Source of the DNA: Myxococcales bacterium | GTDB taxonomy: Bacteria > Myxococcota_A > Polyangia > Polyangiales > DASUME01 | Length of the DNA: 64,000 bases | Direction of reading: 5' to 3' | NCBI GenBank assembly: GCA_047601445.1 | Contig: JASGJH010000001.1 | Span: 4,672,001 to 4,736,000 of the forward strand | Shown: positions 9,752 through 20,019 of the stretch, one piece after another | How positions within the stretch are numbered: the stretch's first letter is position 1 | How the letters are laid out: every line of letters begins with the position of its first letter | Made by a program: the position numbers and the translations under genes | Notes under the pieces: model-generated | Database searches by the model: none | What the model was told of the DNA's origin: nothing | What the model saw: the letters and a program-made list of their open reading frames with translations, nothing else

Positions 9752-11294
9752 GGTAGACCTCCTCGGCGTGCGAGCTCACGACCGCAGGTCCGCGGTCGAA
9801 CAGCCCTGCCATGTAGGCGCCGACGAGGGCGCTGGTGGCGTCGGCGATGGGAATACTCGGGGACAGGCGTCCACCCGCCATCACCAGCAATCGATCACTG
9901 ACCTCGAATAGCTCGTCGAGCTCCTCGCTCACGATCAGGATGGCCGCGCCCCGTGCGCGCAAATCGAGCAGGGCCGCGCGGATCTCGCTGGCAGCTCCCA
10001 CGTCCACGCCCCAGGTGGGCTGCGAAATCAGCAGCACGCGCGGCGCGGCGTCGAGCTCGCGCCCCACCAAGAAGCGCTGCAGATTGCCGCCCGAAAGGCT
10101 CTTGGCCTCGGCGTTCGGCCCGCTGGTCTTGACCTTGAACGCGGTGATCAAACGACGCGCTAGCTCGGTCTGCCGGCGCAAATCGAGCCACCCCGAGCGC
10201 GCCACGGGCTCCTCCCGCGTGAGCATGGTGTTCTCCGCCAAGGACAGGCTCGGCACCGCCGCGCGCCCGAGGCGCTCCTCGGGCAAGAAGCGCAGCCCGA
10301 GCGCACGTCGCGCACGGGGCCCCTGCCCGCATAGCTCACCCCCGAACAAGCTCACCTGCCCCGGCTCGAGCCGCGTGTCTTCGCCCGAGAGCAACGCCAT
10401 CAGCTCGCGCTGCCCATTGCCCGACACGCCAGCCACACCCACGATCTCGCCTTGTCTGAGCTCGAACGAGACCTCCTCGAGGGACACACCGTGCACGTCG
10501 CGACGCGACGCACTCAAGCGCTGCACGGTCAACGCGGGCTCCCCGGCCTGGGTGCGCGCTCGGCTCAAGCTGGGAGGCTCGGCCCCCAACATCAAGCGCG
10601 CCAGGCTCTCATTGCTCTCGCTCCGCGGGTCCACTTCGCCGCTGACGCGACCTGCGCGCAGCACGCTGCAGCGATCGCAGAGTGCGCGGATCTCCCCCAG
10701 CTTGTGGCTGATATAGAGGATGGAGCAGCCGCGCTCCGCCAGCCGCCGCAACGTGACGAACAACTTCTCCACGGCCTGCGGTGTCAGCACGGAGGTGGGC
10801 TCGTCGAGGATCAACAGGCGCGGTTCGTTCAAGAGAGCCCGCAAGATCTCCACGCGCTGACGCTCCCCCACGGAGAGCGCGTGCACCGGGCGCTCGGGGT
10901 CCACCTCGAGCCCGTACTCTCCGGAGGTGGCGCGCATGCGCTGCACCACCGAGGAAAGCGTCCCTGACCGCTCCTGCCCCAGCCAGACGTTCTCGGCCGC
11001 GCTCAACGTCTCGAACAAGGAGAAGTGCTGGAACACCATGGCGATGCCCAGGCTGCGCGCCGCCTTGGGGCCCGCGATGGTGACGGGCCGGCCGTCCCAC
11101 AACACGCGACCTGCGTCGGGCTTCACCAGGCCATAGATGACCTTCATCAACGTGGACTTGCCCGCGCCGTTCTCCCCCAAGATCGCGTGAATCGAGCCGG
11201 CTCGTACGCTGAGCGACACGTCATCGTTCGCGATCACGCCAGGGTAGCGTTTGCAGATTCCCTGCAGCGTGAGGCGAGGCGGCGCGTCGACCAT
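9738..11294 (-). CDS. Nucleoside/sugar ABC transporter ATP-binding protein (two NBDs)
   Basis: GENGAGKST, ILDEPT, LSGGNLQ. Confidence 0.95.
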   Translation of the reverse strand: MVDAPPRLTLQGICKRYPGVIANDDVSLSVRAGSIHAILGENGAGKSTLMKVIYGLVKPDAGRVLWDGRPVTIAGPKAARSLGIAMVFQHFSLFETLSAAENVWLGQERSGTLSSVVQRMRATSGEYGLEVDPERPVHALSVGERQRVEILRALLNEPRLLILDEPTSVLTPQAVEKLFVTLRRLAERGCSILYISHKLGEIRALCDRCSVLRAGRVSGEVDPRSESNESLARLMLGAEPPSLSRARTQAGEPALTVQRLSASRRDVHGVSLEEVSFELRQGEIVGVAGVSGNGQRELMALLSGEDTRLEPGQVSLFGGELCGQGPRARRALGLRFLPEERLGRAAVPSLSLAENTMLTREEPVARSGWLDLRRQTELARRLITAFKVKTSGPNAEAKSLSGGNLQRFLVGRELDAAPRVLLISQPTWGVDVGAASEIRAALLDLRARGAAILIVSEELDELFEVSDRLLVMAGGRLSPSIPIADATSALVGAYMAGLFDRGPAVVSSHAEEVYHVAP

Positions 11295-11395
11295 GGATCA
11301 CCGAGAAATGGGGACACCATGAGCGTGGCAGCGCGGGATTTCGCAGGTGTTTCCCTGGCAGGTCGGGTTGGCGCGGGCGCGCGTCGGACCAGGTT

Positions 11396-11992
11396 CTACG
11401 GGCAACCCAGGGTGGGACCAGGCTTGAGCACGACCTCCGAAAGGTTCGTGTTGGCGTCCCCGGATCGGCGCCAGGGGTCGAAGATTTGCACCTGGTAGCC
11501 CTGGGCCTGAATGCAGGTGGTGCTGGCCACGAAGGGCAGGCCGTCCGCCGCCAGGATACCTGCCATCCACTGCGAAACACCGCCCAGCTGCCAGCGGCCC
11601 TCGACGTCGCTCTTGGTCTCCTGGCTGAAGATGGCATCGCGCGGGACGTGCTGGCCCAGCACGGGTGTGGGGGACTGCCAGGCCTTGACCATGATCAGCG
11701 CGGAAGCGATGGGGGCCCGTGTGCGTTCGTCGATGACGCGCCCGGTGCGGCTCTGGGTCAGGGTCACGCAGGCCAGCACGGGGTGGCCCGCGGCGATCTC
11801 CACGGCCTCGGGCTTGCGGACATCGATGGGCTTGAGGTCGGAGTCGAGCAGCGCCCCTAGGGGACCCGCGGGATCGCAGGGCTCCCCGGGCGCGATGCGC
11901 TGGGAGGTTCGGCCGGAAGCGAGGCCGCCGCCGCAGCCAGCGAGCGCGAGCCCGACCCAGACGGCGAGATGTGCGCCGTGTGGCATGCGCAT
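11396..11992 (-). CDS. Hypothetical lipoprotein
   Basis: Lipobox LAGC after a hydrophobic stretch. Confidence 0.55.
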   Translation of the reverse strand: MRMPHGAHLAVWVGLALAGCGGGLASGRTSQRIAPGEPCDPAGPLGALLDSDLKPIDVRKPEAVEIAAGHPVLACVTLTQSRTGRVIDERTRAPIASALIMVKAWQSPTPVLGQHVPRDAIFSQETKSDVEGRWQLGGVSQWMAGILAADGLPFVASTTCIQAQGYQVQIFDPWRRSGDANTNLSEVVLKPGPTLGCP

Positions 11993-12050
11993 GGTGCCAC
12001 CTATGTGTTCAATCGCGCTCGGGATGCAAGCGGAAACCCGCCTGTGCTAC

Positions 12051-13370
12051 ATGGGGTTAGCCCGCGTGCCAGCCACCACGAAACATGTCGTGTTCGCCAT
12101 GCTGCACGAGTCCGGCCATTTGAACCCGAGCTTCAAGCTGGCCAAGGCGTTGATCGCGCGCGGTCACCGGGTGAGCTACCTGGCGATCCCCGATGCCGAA
12201 CCGCTGATCGCACCCCAGGGTATCCCCACCCTACCGCTCTGGCCGGACCTCTTTCCCGCTGGCTTCGTGGCCCAGGAAGAGAAGCTCTCCACGCTGGCCC
12301 GGCGACGCGCCATCACGCGTCGCTACGACGAGCTCCTGCGGCGCCTCGAGCGCCGTGCGGGTGAGCTCTTCCCGAGCGCCCCGGATTTGCTCGTGGTCGA
12401 CGTGACGCAGCCGCAGTTCGCCTTCTGGGGGCGGCGCGCAGGGGTGCCCTTCCTGTACCTCAACACGTCCCTGCCACAGACCCACGATCGCGGCGTACCA
12501 CCCCTGCGCAGCGGGCGCAGCTTTCACCCCGAATGGTCGCACAAGCTCCAGGCGGAGCTCGATTGGGAGCGCTTCCTGCTCAAGCGCCGTGTGAGCGCCG
12601 CGGCGGCCGATTTGGGCGGCATGTGCCCGCCCTACGATCTCGCGCGCAAGCGCGCCAAGCGCTTCGGCGTGCGGCGGCGGGAGCTCGATTGGCGCACGGC
12701 GTACATGCCCCAGCTGCGCGACGTGCTCGAGCTCGGCCTGTGCCCGCCCGCGTTCGACTTTCCGCGTCCAGCGGCGCCACGCCGCATCGCCATCGCCTCC
12801 GTCGATCTCGAGCGCTCCGAGCGTCCCTTCGACTGGAGCGCCGTCCCGGATGACAAACCACTGATCTTCTGCGCGCTCGGTGGTCAACGCTATCGCCCCG
12901 AGGATGTGCCCGGCTTCTTCGCCAGGCTGGTGTCGATGATGACCACCCACCCCGACTGGCATCTGCTGTTGTGCGTCGGGAAGCACGTCGCGCCGAGTTC
13001 GCTCGGCGCCTTGCCCGACAACGTCAGCGTGCGCGAGAGCGCGCCTCAGCTGGCTGTGCTGCGCCGGGCGCGGGCCATGATCACGCACGCGGGGCTCGGC
13101 AGCGTCAAGGAGTGCATCTTGAACGGGGTCCCGATGTTGGCGGTGCCGCTCGACGTGGATCAGCCCGCCAACGCGGCCCGTGTGGCCTATCACGGCCTCG
13201 GGCTGCTGGCAGACGTGCGGGACAGCACGCAGGAGGAGCTGAGCTCCAAGTTGCGGCGTCTGCTGACGGATCGCGAGCTCCAGGCACGCATGGCACGGAT
13301 GCGCGAGCGCTTCCTCGAGGTCGAGCAGTCCGACCGGGGCGTCGAACAGGTCGAGGCCTTCTTCGGCTGA
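12051..13370 (+). CDS. GT1 (MGT/UDPGT) glycosyltransferase
   Basis: SGHLNP...LIARGHRV; PQLAVL..ARAMITHAGLGSVKECILNGVPMLAVP...DQPANA; start uncertain. Confidence 0.9.
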   Translation: MGLARVPATTKHVVFAMLHESGHLNPSFKLAKALIARGHRVSYLAIPDAEPLIAPQGIPTLPLWPDLFPAGFVAQEEKLSTLARRRAITRRYDELLRRLERRAGELFPSAPDLLVVDVTQPQFAFWGRRAGVPFLYLNTSLPQTHDRGVPPLRSGRSFHPEWSHKLQAELDWERFLLKRRVSAAAADLGGMCPPYDLARKRAKRFGVRRRELDWRTAYMPQLRDVLELGLCPPAFDFPRPAAPRRIAIASVDLERSERPFDWSAVPDDKPLIFCALGGQRYRPEDVPGFFARLVSMMTTHPDWHLLLCVGKHVAPSSLGALPDNVSVRESAPQLAVLRRARAMITHAGLGSVKECILNGVPMLAVPLDVDQPANAARVAYHGLGLLADVRDSTQEELSSKLRRLLTDRELQARMARMRERFLEVEQSDRGVEQVEAFFG

Positions 13371-13395
13371 CCCTTGGTGATTCCGGCCCTGACGG

Positions 13396-13824
13396 TTACT
13401 GCGCCTCGCGCGTACCGTCGCCCCAGCTCTCATCCGCGCACAGGTAGCTGCAGTACATGTCGAACGCCGTGTCGTCGAGACCGCGGCAGCCGAGTCCGGC
13501 GCCGCACTTGACGAACTCCGTGGGCGGGTCGCTGCACTCGGGATTCCCGCCGCAGATCTGCACGCACACTGCGTCGACGCACTCGTGGCCTTCCCCGAGC
13601 CGCGTCACGCACTCCTGGTCGGTCTTGCACTCGCGCGCGCAGTGCTTGGCGATGATGCCGCCTTGCGCGCAGAACAAGCCCTCGTCGCAGTCGTCGTCCG
13701 TCTCGCAGCTGGCGAACGCCAGACGGCTGCTCGTACCTCCGCGATCGTCGCCGCAGGCCGCGGGCATGAGACCGAGCGCGATGGAGACGGAGAGAAGCGC
13801 GGCGTGAATGGACTTGGGGGACAT
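13396..13824 (-). CDS. Small Cys-rich lipoprotein
   Basis: Signal ending AAC; CETDDDC/CKTDQEC repeats. Confidence 0.7.
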   Translation of the reverse strand: MSPKSIHAALLSVSIALGLMPAACGDDRGGTSSRLAFASCETDDDCDEGLFCAQGGIIAKHCARECKTDQECVTRLGEGHECVDAVCVQICGGNPECSDPPTEFVKCGAGLGCRGLDDTAFDMYCSYLCADESWGDGTREAQ

Positions 13825-13890
13825 CAGTGCGCAGAGCTTAGCCCAGGCTCTCATCACGGTGGGACTTTGGATGAGAACTTCGAGCGGGCC

Positions 13891-14796
13891 TCAGGGCATC
13901 GGCTTGCCGGTGTTGGTGTCCACGCTGCCTGCGCCTACCCACTGGGCCGACCAGTAACCGCCGCCTCCATAGGGGAAAGGCAGGATCGGCGGCAGCACGG
14001 GGTTCAGCTCGAGCAGCGACCAGTTGCTCGGGAAATCGGGCTTGGGAAATGGTGTGCCTTTGAACATGTCGGCCACCACGTCCGTGGCGCGGACCTCCAC
14101 CGAGCCATCGCACTTGGGGAAGGTCTTGACCCCATTCTGACAGGGGAACGAGCTGGTCTTCACGTCGTACTTGCCGAGCACCGGGCCCTCGAACTTCGCC
14201 TCGTTGAGCACTGCCTTGACCAGGATGGCGTAGCCACCCGAGAGCGTGGCCTTGAACTCCTTGGTCTTGCAGTCGAGCTTGCCCGTGAGCTTGCCCTCGA
14301 AGGGAAACAAGCCGTCCGCGGTGCCTCGCACGTAGCCATCGGAGATCTCGAGCTCGTCGTAGAACTCTTCGCCGGGCACTGGCTCTTTGCCGCTGGAGTT
14401 GAGCGTGAAGGCGAGGCCGGGCTTGCCGTCGAGGCTGAGCGCCCAGACCGGGATCGCGCTCCAACCCACCGTGAACTGGGAGTAGTAGTAGCCGAAGAAC
14501 TCCCCTTCGTAGCGGCCGGGCTTGCAGTCGCCCACGAAGCCCGTGTCGCTCGGTTGCTCTGGCTCTTCGCAGTTGCACACGCTCCACGTGCCATCGTCGA
14601 AGCACGCCCGTGTGCTCTCGCTGCCGTCGGGGCAATCGCACGCCTCTTCGTCGTTGGGTTCGCACTCCATCTCGGGCTCGTCGTCCGAGTCGGACGGGAG
14701 CGGCGCAGAACTCGTGGTCGGAGGCGGATCGGAACACGCTCCGAGCGGCGTCAAAATCAGCGAGCAGAACCCAGTAAGATAAGCAGAACCGCGCAT
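13891..14796 (-). CDS. Hypothetical lipoprotein
   Basis: Lipobox LGAC, Cys-rich N-terminal module, coding-like codon usage. Confidence 0.75.
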   Translation of the reverse strand: MRGSAYLTGFCSLILTPLGACSDPPPTTSSAPLPSDSDDEPEMECEPNDEEACDCPDGSESTRACFDDGTWSVCNCEEPEQPSDTGFVGDCKPGRYEGEFFGYYYSQFTVGWSAIPVWALSLDGKPGLAFTLNSSGKEPVPGEEFYDELEISDGYVRGTADGLFPFEGKLTGKLDCKTKEFKATLSGGYAILVKAVLNEAKFEGPVLGKYDVKTSSFPCQNGVKTFPKCDGSVEVRATDVVADMFKGTPFPKPDFPSNWSLLELNPVLPPILPFPYGGGGYWSAQWVGAGSVDTNTGKPMP

Positions 14797-15092
14797 GAAT
14801 CGTCAGTAAAGGGAACGGCGGCGGAACTCAATCGCAGCAGGTTGACACTCTTGTCCAGTTGGCCCGAGCTGGTAGTGCTCTGCAGGTCCGCGACCCTTCG
14901 TCAACGGCGCGATTGGCGGCGACACACCCACCGGTTGACAGTTGGGCCCAAGCAGCAGGTGCGCCTGCCCTTCCTCGGTGTGGTCGTGGCACCCGTGCAG
15001 CGCGCTCTCGGGGCTGTGGCGTCCTGCGACGCCCGCGCGCCCTGGCCGGCGCGAGAACACTGACGAATGTGTGCCCGGGAGCGCCCCTCGCC

Positions 15093-15107
15093 TGGCGCAC
15101 AACTTGC
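15093..15107 (+). promoter_or_regulatory. sigma54 (-24/-12) promoter candidate
   Basis: TGGCGC-ACAAC-TTGC (GG-N10-GC) 40 bp upstream of the MgtC-family gene. Confidence 0.6.
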
Positions 15108-15147
15108 GGGAGTCGAGCGGGTGCAGAGGAAGTAGCGGAGGCGACGG

Positions 15148-15600
15148 GTGCACGACTGGTGGACGCTGATCTCGCGCTTGCTGCTGGCCCTCATGGCGGG
15201 CGGCGCCATCGGCCTCAACCGCGGCATGGCGGGCAAGCCTGCCGGCACGCGCACGCACATGCTCATCTCGCTGGGGGCCGCGCTTTACGTGATGTCGGCC
15301 GGGCATCAGCACCCAGGCAGCGACGCCGAGAGCCGGGCTATCCAGGGTGTGGCCGCGGGCGTGGGCTTCCTCGGAGCTGGCGAGATCGTCCACCGCACCA
15401 AGCAGGGCAAGCCGGTGCCCCACAACCTCACCTCGGCGGCGGCCATCTGGGTCGCGGCGAGCGCGGGCGTGGCAGCGGGCGTGGGCCTCTGGGAGCTCCT
15501 CGTGACCGCCACGGCGCTCACACTGTTCGCGCTGATCGTGATCAAGAAAATCGAGGGCCGCTTCGAATCCTCCACGGACTCGGCCCCACAGGACGATTGA
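15148..15600 (+). CDS. MgtC/SapB-family membrane protein
   Basis: GKPAGTRTHMLI, GVGFLGAG, LTSAAAIW. Confidence 0.92.
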   Translation: MHDWWTLISRLLLALMAGGAIGLNRGMAGKPAGTRTHMLISLGAALYVMSAGHQHPGSDAESRAIQGVAAGVGFLGAGEIVHRTKQGKPVPHNLTSAAAIWVAASAGVAAGVGLWELLVTATALTLFALIVIKKIEGRFESSTDSAPQDD

Positions 15601-15670
15601 ACGCCTTCCGGGCGGAAACGCGCGCAACAAGCTGGGCAGCCTCGGACCCATCCAGGTACGATTTCGGGCC

Positions 15671-17827
15671 ATGAAGAGCTGGCGTCTAGGCGTGTTGGCG
15701 ACGTGCGTGGTCCTGGGTTGTAGCGGCGGCGAAGACGACGACGTGGGCGGCGACGACGGCGGCTCGCGTGGGTCGCAGATCGACTCGGGCCGGGACGACC
15801 CAGGTGGCGACGGCGATGGAGACCCTTCCGGCCGAGACGCAGGCAACCGCGACGGCGGCCGCGACACGGGCTCGCAGGACGGCGGTCCACAGGGTGGCCT
15901 CGACGCAGGCGGGATGGATGGCGGTGACACGCAACCAGGCAACGACGGCGGCAACCAGAGCGCGCTCGCGAACATCAGCGCGTTCAGCGGGCCCAACTCG
16001 GCGTGCGCCGGCAACATCAGCTTGAACTACAGCTTCACGGGCAGCGCGGGCACCATCACGCCGGGCGACATCCAGCTCAACCCTGGCAGCGGACAAACCT
16101 CCGTGCTGCTCTCGGCCAACACCGAGTACACGCTCGAGGTCAGCGGCTCGGGCGGTCCCAAGACTGCCAAGGTCTCCGTGAGTGCGCTGCCGAGCCCCAA
16201 CGCCACGCTCACCGCGCCGGCGACGGCCCAGCACGCCGGCACCCTCAGCGTCAGCGTTCCCACGCAAGCAGGCGTCACCTACGCGTGGTCGGTGGCCTCG
16301 GGCGACGCGAACATCCAGGGCAGCACCAGTGCTGCACAGGCGAGTGTCGTGCTCGGCGCTACGGGCAACAGCATCTCGCTCAAGGTCGATGTCACCAGCG
16401 GCAGCAACAGCTGCACGGCCACCACCACCAAGAGCATCCCCATCCCTTGCGCAGCGCCCACCCTGGTGAGCACGGATCGCGCGCAAGCCGCGGGCACGCC
16501 CCAATACATCCCGGGCAACGAGGGGACGCGCCCCTTCGCGGTCAACGCGAGCGGCACGCTGTGGGCCACCTACTTGGTCTCGAACCCCAACGGCTCGGCC
16601 ACCTACAACCTCAACTTCACGCGTCGCATCGGCGGCGCCTGGCAAGTGCCCGCGAGCTCACCGACTGCGCTCAACACCGCGAGCAGCAAGGTGTTCGACG
16701 TCAAGGTCGCCACCAACGACGCTGGCGACGCCACGTTCGCCTGGGTCGAGACCTCCGACAACAGCACGTACAGCGTGCGCGCCCGCGGCTACAAGGTGAG
16801 CAGCAACACCTGGACCGCCATTCAAACCCTCGGCACCACCTGGGACAACGGCGGGCCGGTGTTCGTGCAGATGGATCAGGCCGACACCACCGGCAAAGCC
16901 ATGATCGCCTGGATCGGCGGGCCCAACAAGCAGTGGACCCCGCACCTGCGCACCTTCACGCTCTCGACGGCCACGCTCGGCACCGACGTGCCGCTGCGCA
17001 CCAACGCGAACAACGGTCTGCCCGACTACCTGGTGGACCTGGACTTCGACACGCGGGGTGCACTGACGGGCTTCATCAGCTGGGCCGAGCAGGTCGCAGA
17101 CAGTGCGGACGAACCCACGTTGTTCGCGCTGCACCTTACGAACGGCGTGCCCGATACCGTCGGCGGCGGCGCCCTCGACATAAAGACCATCGTCGACCCG
17201 CTCAAGCAAACGGATCTCTTCCCGGAGACCATCGAGCAGAAGTCCGACATGCTGGCGGTCTCCGAGAACGGCAACGCCATCATCGTGTGGCGCTCCTACG
17301 ACGGCACCAAGTGGCACTTGAACGCTCGCCGCTATCTCTCGGGCAGCTGGGGCAGCACGGAGGACATCCGGACCAGCGCCAACGCGATCCACGACGTCTC
17401 ACCTGCCATCGACAACGCGGGCAACGCCATCGTGGCCACCTGGGAGAACGGCGTGCAGTTCGGCTTCACCTACGCAGCTGCAGGTGCGGCTTGGGCGCCG
17501 CTCGCACAGCTGACCACTGCGACCAACGGCACCCCCTCCATGCGCGTCGCCCTGGACTCCGCCTCGGGCAAGGGCGTGGTGGTCTACCGCGACGAGAAGG
17601 TGTCCTTCTACGCGCCCCTGCGCGGCGCCTTCTGGGATCCCGACAGCAAGACCCTGGGACCGAGCTTCGGCATCGACAGCCCCGTCGAGAGCGCCCCGGA
17701 GCGCGCCCAGATCTACCTGGACGCGAGCGGCAAACTCAACGTGATGTTCAACCAGCTGCCAAAGACCATCCCGAACGGCGCCAACTCCAGTAACAGCTCG
17801 CTGGAGTTCACCACCGTGTGTGAGTGA
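15671..17827 (+). CDS. Large beta-rich secreted lipoprotein (Ig-like repeats, probable beta-propeller C-terminus)
   Basis: Lipobox VLGC, DG-rich linker, S/T-rich beta strands, repeated xGxAxxxW blades. Confidence 0.75.
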   Translation: MKSWRLGVLATCVVLGCSGGEDDDVGGDDGGSRGSQIDSGRDDPGGDGDGDPSGRDAGNRDGGRDTGSQDGGPQGGLDAGGMDGGDTQPGNDGGNQSALANISAFSGPNSACAGNISLNYSFTGSAGTITPGDIQLNPGSGQTSVLLSANTEYTLEVSGSGGPKTAKVSVSALPSPNATLTAPATAQHAGTLSVSVPTQAGVTYAWSVASGDANIQGSTSAAQASVVLGATGNSISLKVDVTSGSNSCTATTTKSIPIPCAAPTLVSTDRAQAAGTPQYIPGNEGTRPFAVNASGTLWATYLVSNPNGSATYNLNFTRRIGGAWQVPASSPTALNTASSKVFDVKVATNDAGDATFAWVETSDNSTYSVRARGYKVSSNTWTAIQTLGTTWDNGGPVFVQMDQADTTGKAMIAWIGGPNKQWTPHLRTFTLSTATLGTDVPLRTNANNGLPDYLVDLDFDTRGALTGFISWAEQVADSADEPTLFALHLTNGVPDTVGGGALDIKTIVDPLKQTDLFPETIEQKSDMLAVSENGNAIIVWRSYDGTKWHLNARRYLSGSWGSTEDIRTSANAIHDVSPAIDNAGNAIVATWENGVQFGFTYAAAGAAWAPLAQLTTATNGTPSMRVALDSASGKGVVVYRDEKVSFYAPLRGAFWDPDSKTLGPSFGIDSPVESAPERAQIYLDASGKLNVMFNQLPKTIPNGANSSNSSLEFTTVCE

Positions 17828-17890
17828 TCGGGAAGGCGGGGTTCAGGCCGCGAGGGGCTGATTGTCAACGCGGAGGCGCTCACGCGGAGG

Positions 17891-18031
17891 CGCTCACGCA
17901 CACCGTCGCCGTTCAAGTCACAGTCGTCGTCTATGTCCACGATCACGTTTGCAGAGGACGATTCTATCCGTTGACCTGGGCTTGGTCGGCGACGTGGACT
18001 TTGACCTGAACGGCGACGGCGTGCGTGAGCG
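17891..18031. repeat. Intergenic inverted-repeat element with 30-bp arms
   Basis: 17891-17920 vs 18002-18031, 2 mismatches; between convergent genes. Confidence 0.8.
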
Positions 18032-18051
18032 GATGCTTTGTTCTGCCCGGT

Positions 18052-18414
18052 CTACTTCAGCGCCTTCTTCCAGGCCGCCTCGTCGAAGCCCACCAGCACC
18101 TCGTCACCCGCGAGCACCAGAGGCCGCTTGATGAGCTTGCCGTCGGCGGCCAGGGCCGCGAGTGCGTCTCCCTCGCTCAGCGTGGGCAGGCGGTCCTTGA
18201 AGCCGCCGTCTCGATAGGACTCGCCGGAGGTGTTGAAGAACGCCTTGATGGGCAGCCCGGAGCTCTTGAAAGCCTTCTTGAGCACGGCGCCGCTCGGAGG
18301 CGAGTCGACGATGTGCACCGACTCGTAGACGATGCCCTGGGCATCGAGCCACTTGAGCGCCTTACGGCAGGTGCTGCATTTGGGGTACTGGTAGACCGTG
18401 AGCTTCTTCGCCAT
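18052..18414 (-). CDS. ArsC/Spx (YffB-like) family protein
   Basis: YPKCSTCRKA, FFNTSG, LIKRP. Confidence 0.92.
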   Translation of the reverse strand: MAKKLTVYQYPKCSTCRKALKWLDAQGIVYESVHIVDSPPSGAVLKKAFKSSGLPIKAFFNTSGESYRDGGFKDRLPTLSEGDALAALAADGKLIKRPLVLAGDEVLVGFDEAAWKKALK

Positions 18415-18427
18415 GGGGCGATGTTAG

Positions 18428-19186
18428 CTACTCCGCCGGCACTTCGTTCACAGGAACCAGCTGCTCCTTGGCGCGCTCGCGGACGCTCTCGAGCGTCACG
18501 CTGTCAGCGAGCAAGCTGGCCACGGTCTGACCGGCCACGAAGTCGGCCACCTCCTCGGCGGCGTAGCGCAGCGAGGTGGGGTCCTCGTGGGGAGCAGCGG
18601 GGCGGTTCTTGGCGCGCGCGATGCGCGGGTACCAGTTCTGCACGCTCTCGTTCTGCGCGATGATCGTGAGCGCGCACAGGTTGGCGTCCACCTTGCGGAA
18701 GCAACCGCGGGCCACGCCCTCTTCGATCAGCTTCTCGAGGGTGCGGGTGAGCTCGCGGCGCTCTTTCCAGTAGATGTCGAAGGCCACCTTGTCGCGGCGC
18801 GCCACACGGTGCACCTCGGTGATCTCGAGCGGGAACACGCACACGTTGCGCACGTCGAAGCGCACGAGCCGATAGAGCTGTACGTCCGGCGATTCCCCCT
18901 CCGCCTTGAGCTGCTTGGCGAAGGCGATGGGCATCCGGTTCACCTGCTCGAGCAGCTCCGCGACGATCGATTCCTTGCGGCGGAACCAGTAGTACAGCGA
19001 CGACTGCGCGAGCCCGGAACCTTCCGCGATCTCCAGCATGGAAACTTCGGAAATACCGCGCTCTCCGAACAGCGAGGCAGCAGCTTTGAGGATCTGCTCT
19101 TTGGGATCGACACCGCTCTCGGCGGTCTCTCGTTTACGGGGGCGCCCGACTCGGCGCTTCTCTTGGGGCATGGAAGCGGAGCTCAT
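18428..19186 (-). CDS. TetR-family regulator
   Basis: GRPR...ILKAAASLF...EIAEGSGLAQSSLYYWF. Confidence 0.9.
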   Translation of the reverse strand: MSSASMPQEKRRVGRPRKRETAESGVDPKEQILKAAASLFGERGISEVSMLEIAEGSGLAQSSLYYWFRRKESIVAELLEQVNRMPIAFAKQLKAEGESPDVQLYRLVRFDVRNVCVFPLEITEVHRVARRDKVAFDIYWKERRELTRTLEKLIEEGVARGCFRKVDANLCALTIIAQNESVQNWYPRIARAKNRPAAPHEDPTSLRYAAEEVADFVAGQTVASLLADSVTLESVRERAKEQLVPVNEVPAE

Positions 19187-19237
19187 GGATTCTCACAAGC
19201 TAGCGGGTTGAAGGGATCTCGCTGTATACAGCACGGC

Positions 19238-19870
19238 ATGCCTGAACCCTTGAAGACGGCGTCCGAGCTCGAAAGGTTCCGGGCTCAGCTCACCGCCGGT
19301 CAGAAAAATTTCCCGCGTGCGAACCTGTCCAATGCGGACCTGCGGGACCTCGATTTGAGCGGGCTTTCTCTGCCATGGGCAGTACTTACGAAGGCCGACT
19401 TGTTCCAAGCCAACCTCTTCGAGAGCGACCTCTCCCATGCCGAGTTGGGAGAGGCGAACCTGGTCCGTGCGGACCTGAGCCACGCGAAGCTCGATGGGGC
19501 CCGGCTGCCGAAAGCCCATTTGAGCTGGGCCCGCCTGCTGGGGGCTTCGCTCGTGGAGACCAACCTGCTGGGGGCGGATTTGTCCCACGCGGACCTACGT
19601 CGGGCCGTGCTCGAGGCCAACCTCGAGGGGGCCAACCTGAGAGGCGCCACCCTGGTGGGAGCGGATCTGAGTCGGGCGTTTTTGTGGGGTGCCAACCTGG
19701 CCGACGCGAACCTCTGCGAAGCCAAGCTCGCCGGGGCCAAGCTTCGGCGAGCCAACTTACAAAACGCGGACTTACGCGGGGCGGACCTGACGGACGCGGA
19801 CCTCAGCGAAGCGAATCTGCGAGGTGCCCGGCTCGATTCCAGCTCGGCCATCGGGCGCCCTCGAGGCTAA
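19238..19870 (+). CDS. Pentapeptide-repeat protein
   Basis: Continuous A(D/N)Lxx repeats. Confidence 0.93.
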   Translation: MPEPLKTASELERFRAQLTAGQKNFPRANLSNADLRDLDLSGLSLPWAVLTKADLFQANLFESDLSHAELGEANLVRADLSHAKLDGARLPKAHLSWARLLGASLVETNLLGADLSHADLRRAVLEANLEGANLRGATLVGADLSRAFLWGANLADANLCEAKLAGAKLRRANLQNADLRGADLTDADLSEANLRGARLDSSSAIGRPRG

Positions 19871-20019
19871 GCGTCGAGGCTAGCTCTAAACGGATCGGAA
19901 AAAATCGACGGACCCTCCGATTCTGAATCGTTTCGAAACAGTCTTGAAAATAAGCGCCGCTAGGTTCTGCTCGAAGGTAGGCGTGCATTCACGCTTCCCG
20001 GACGCGAAAGGGACCTTGC

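Noticed and set aside
19871..20019. Guanidine riboswitch
   Set aside because: No recognisable guanidine-I, ACGR twin-hairpin or guanidine-III consensus by eye.
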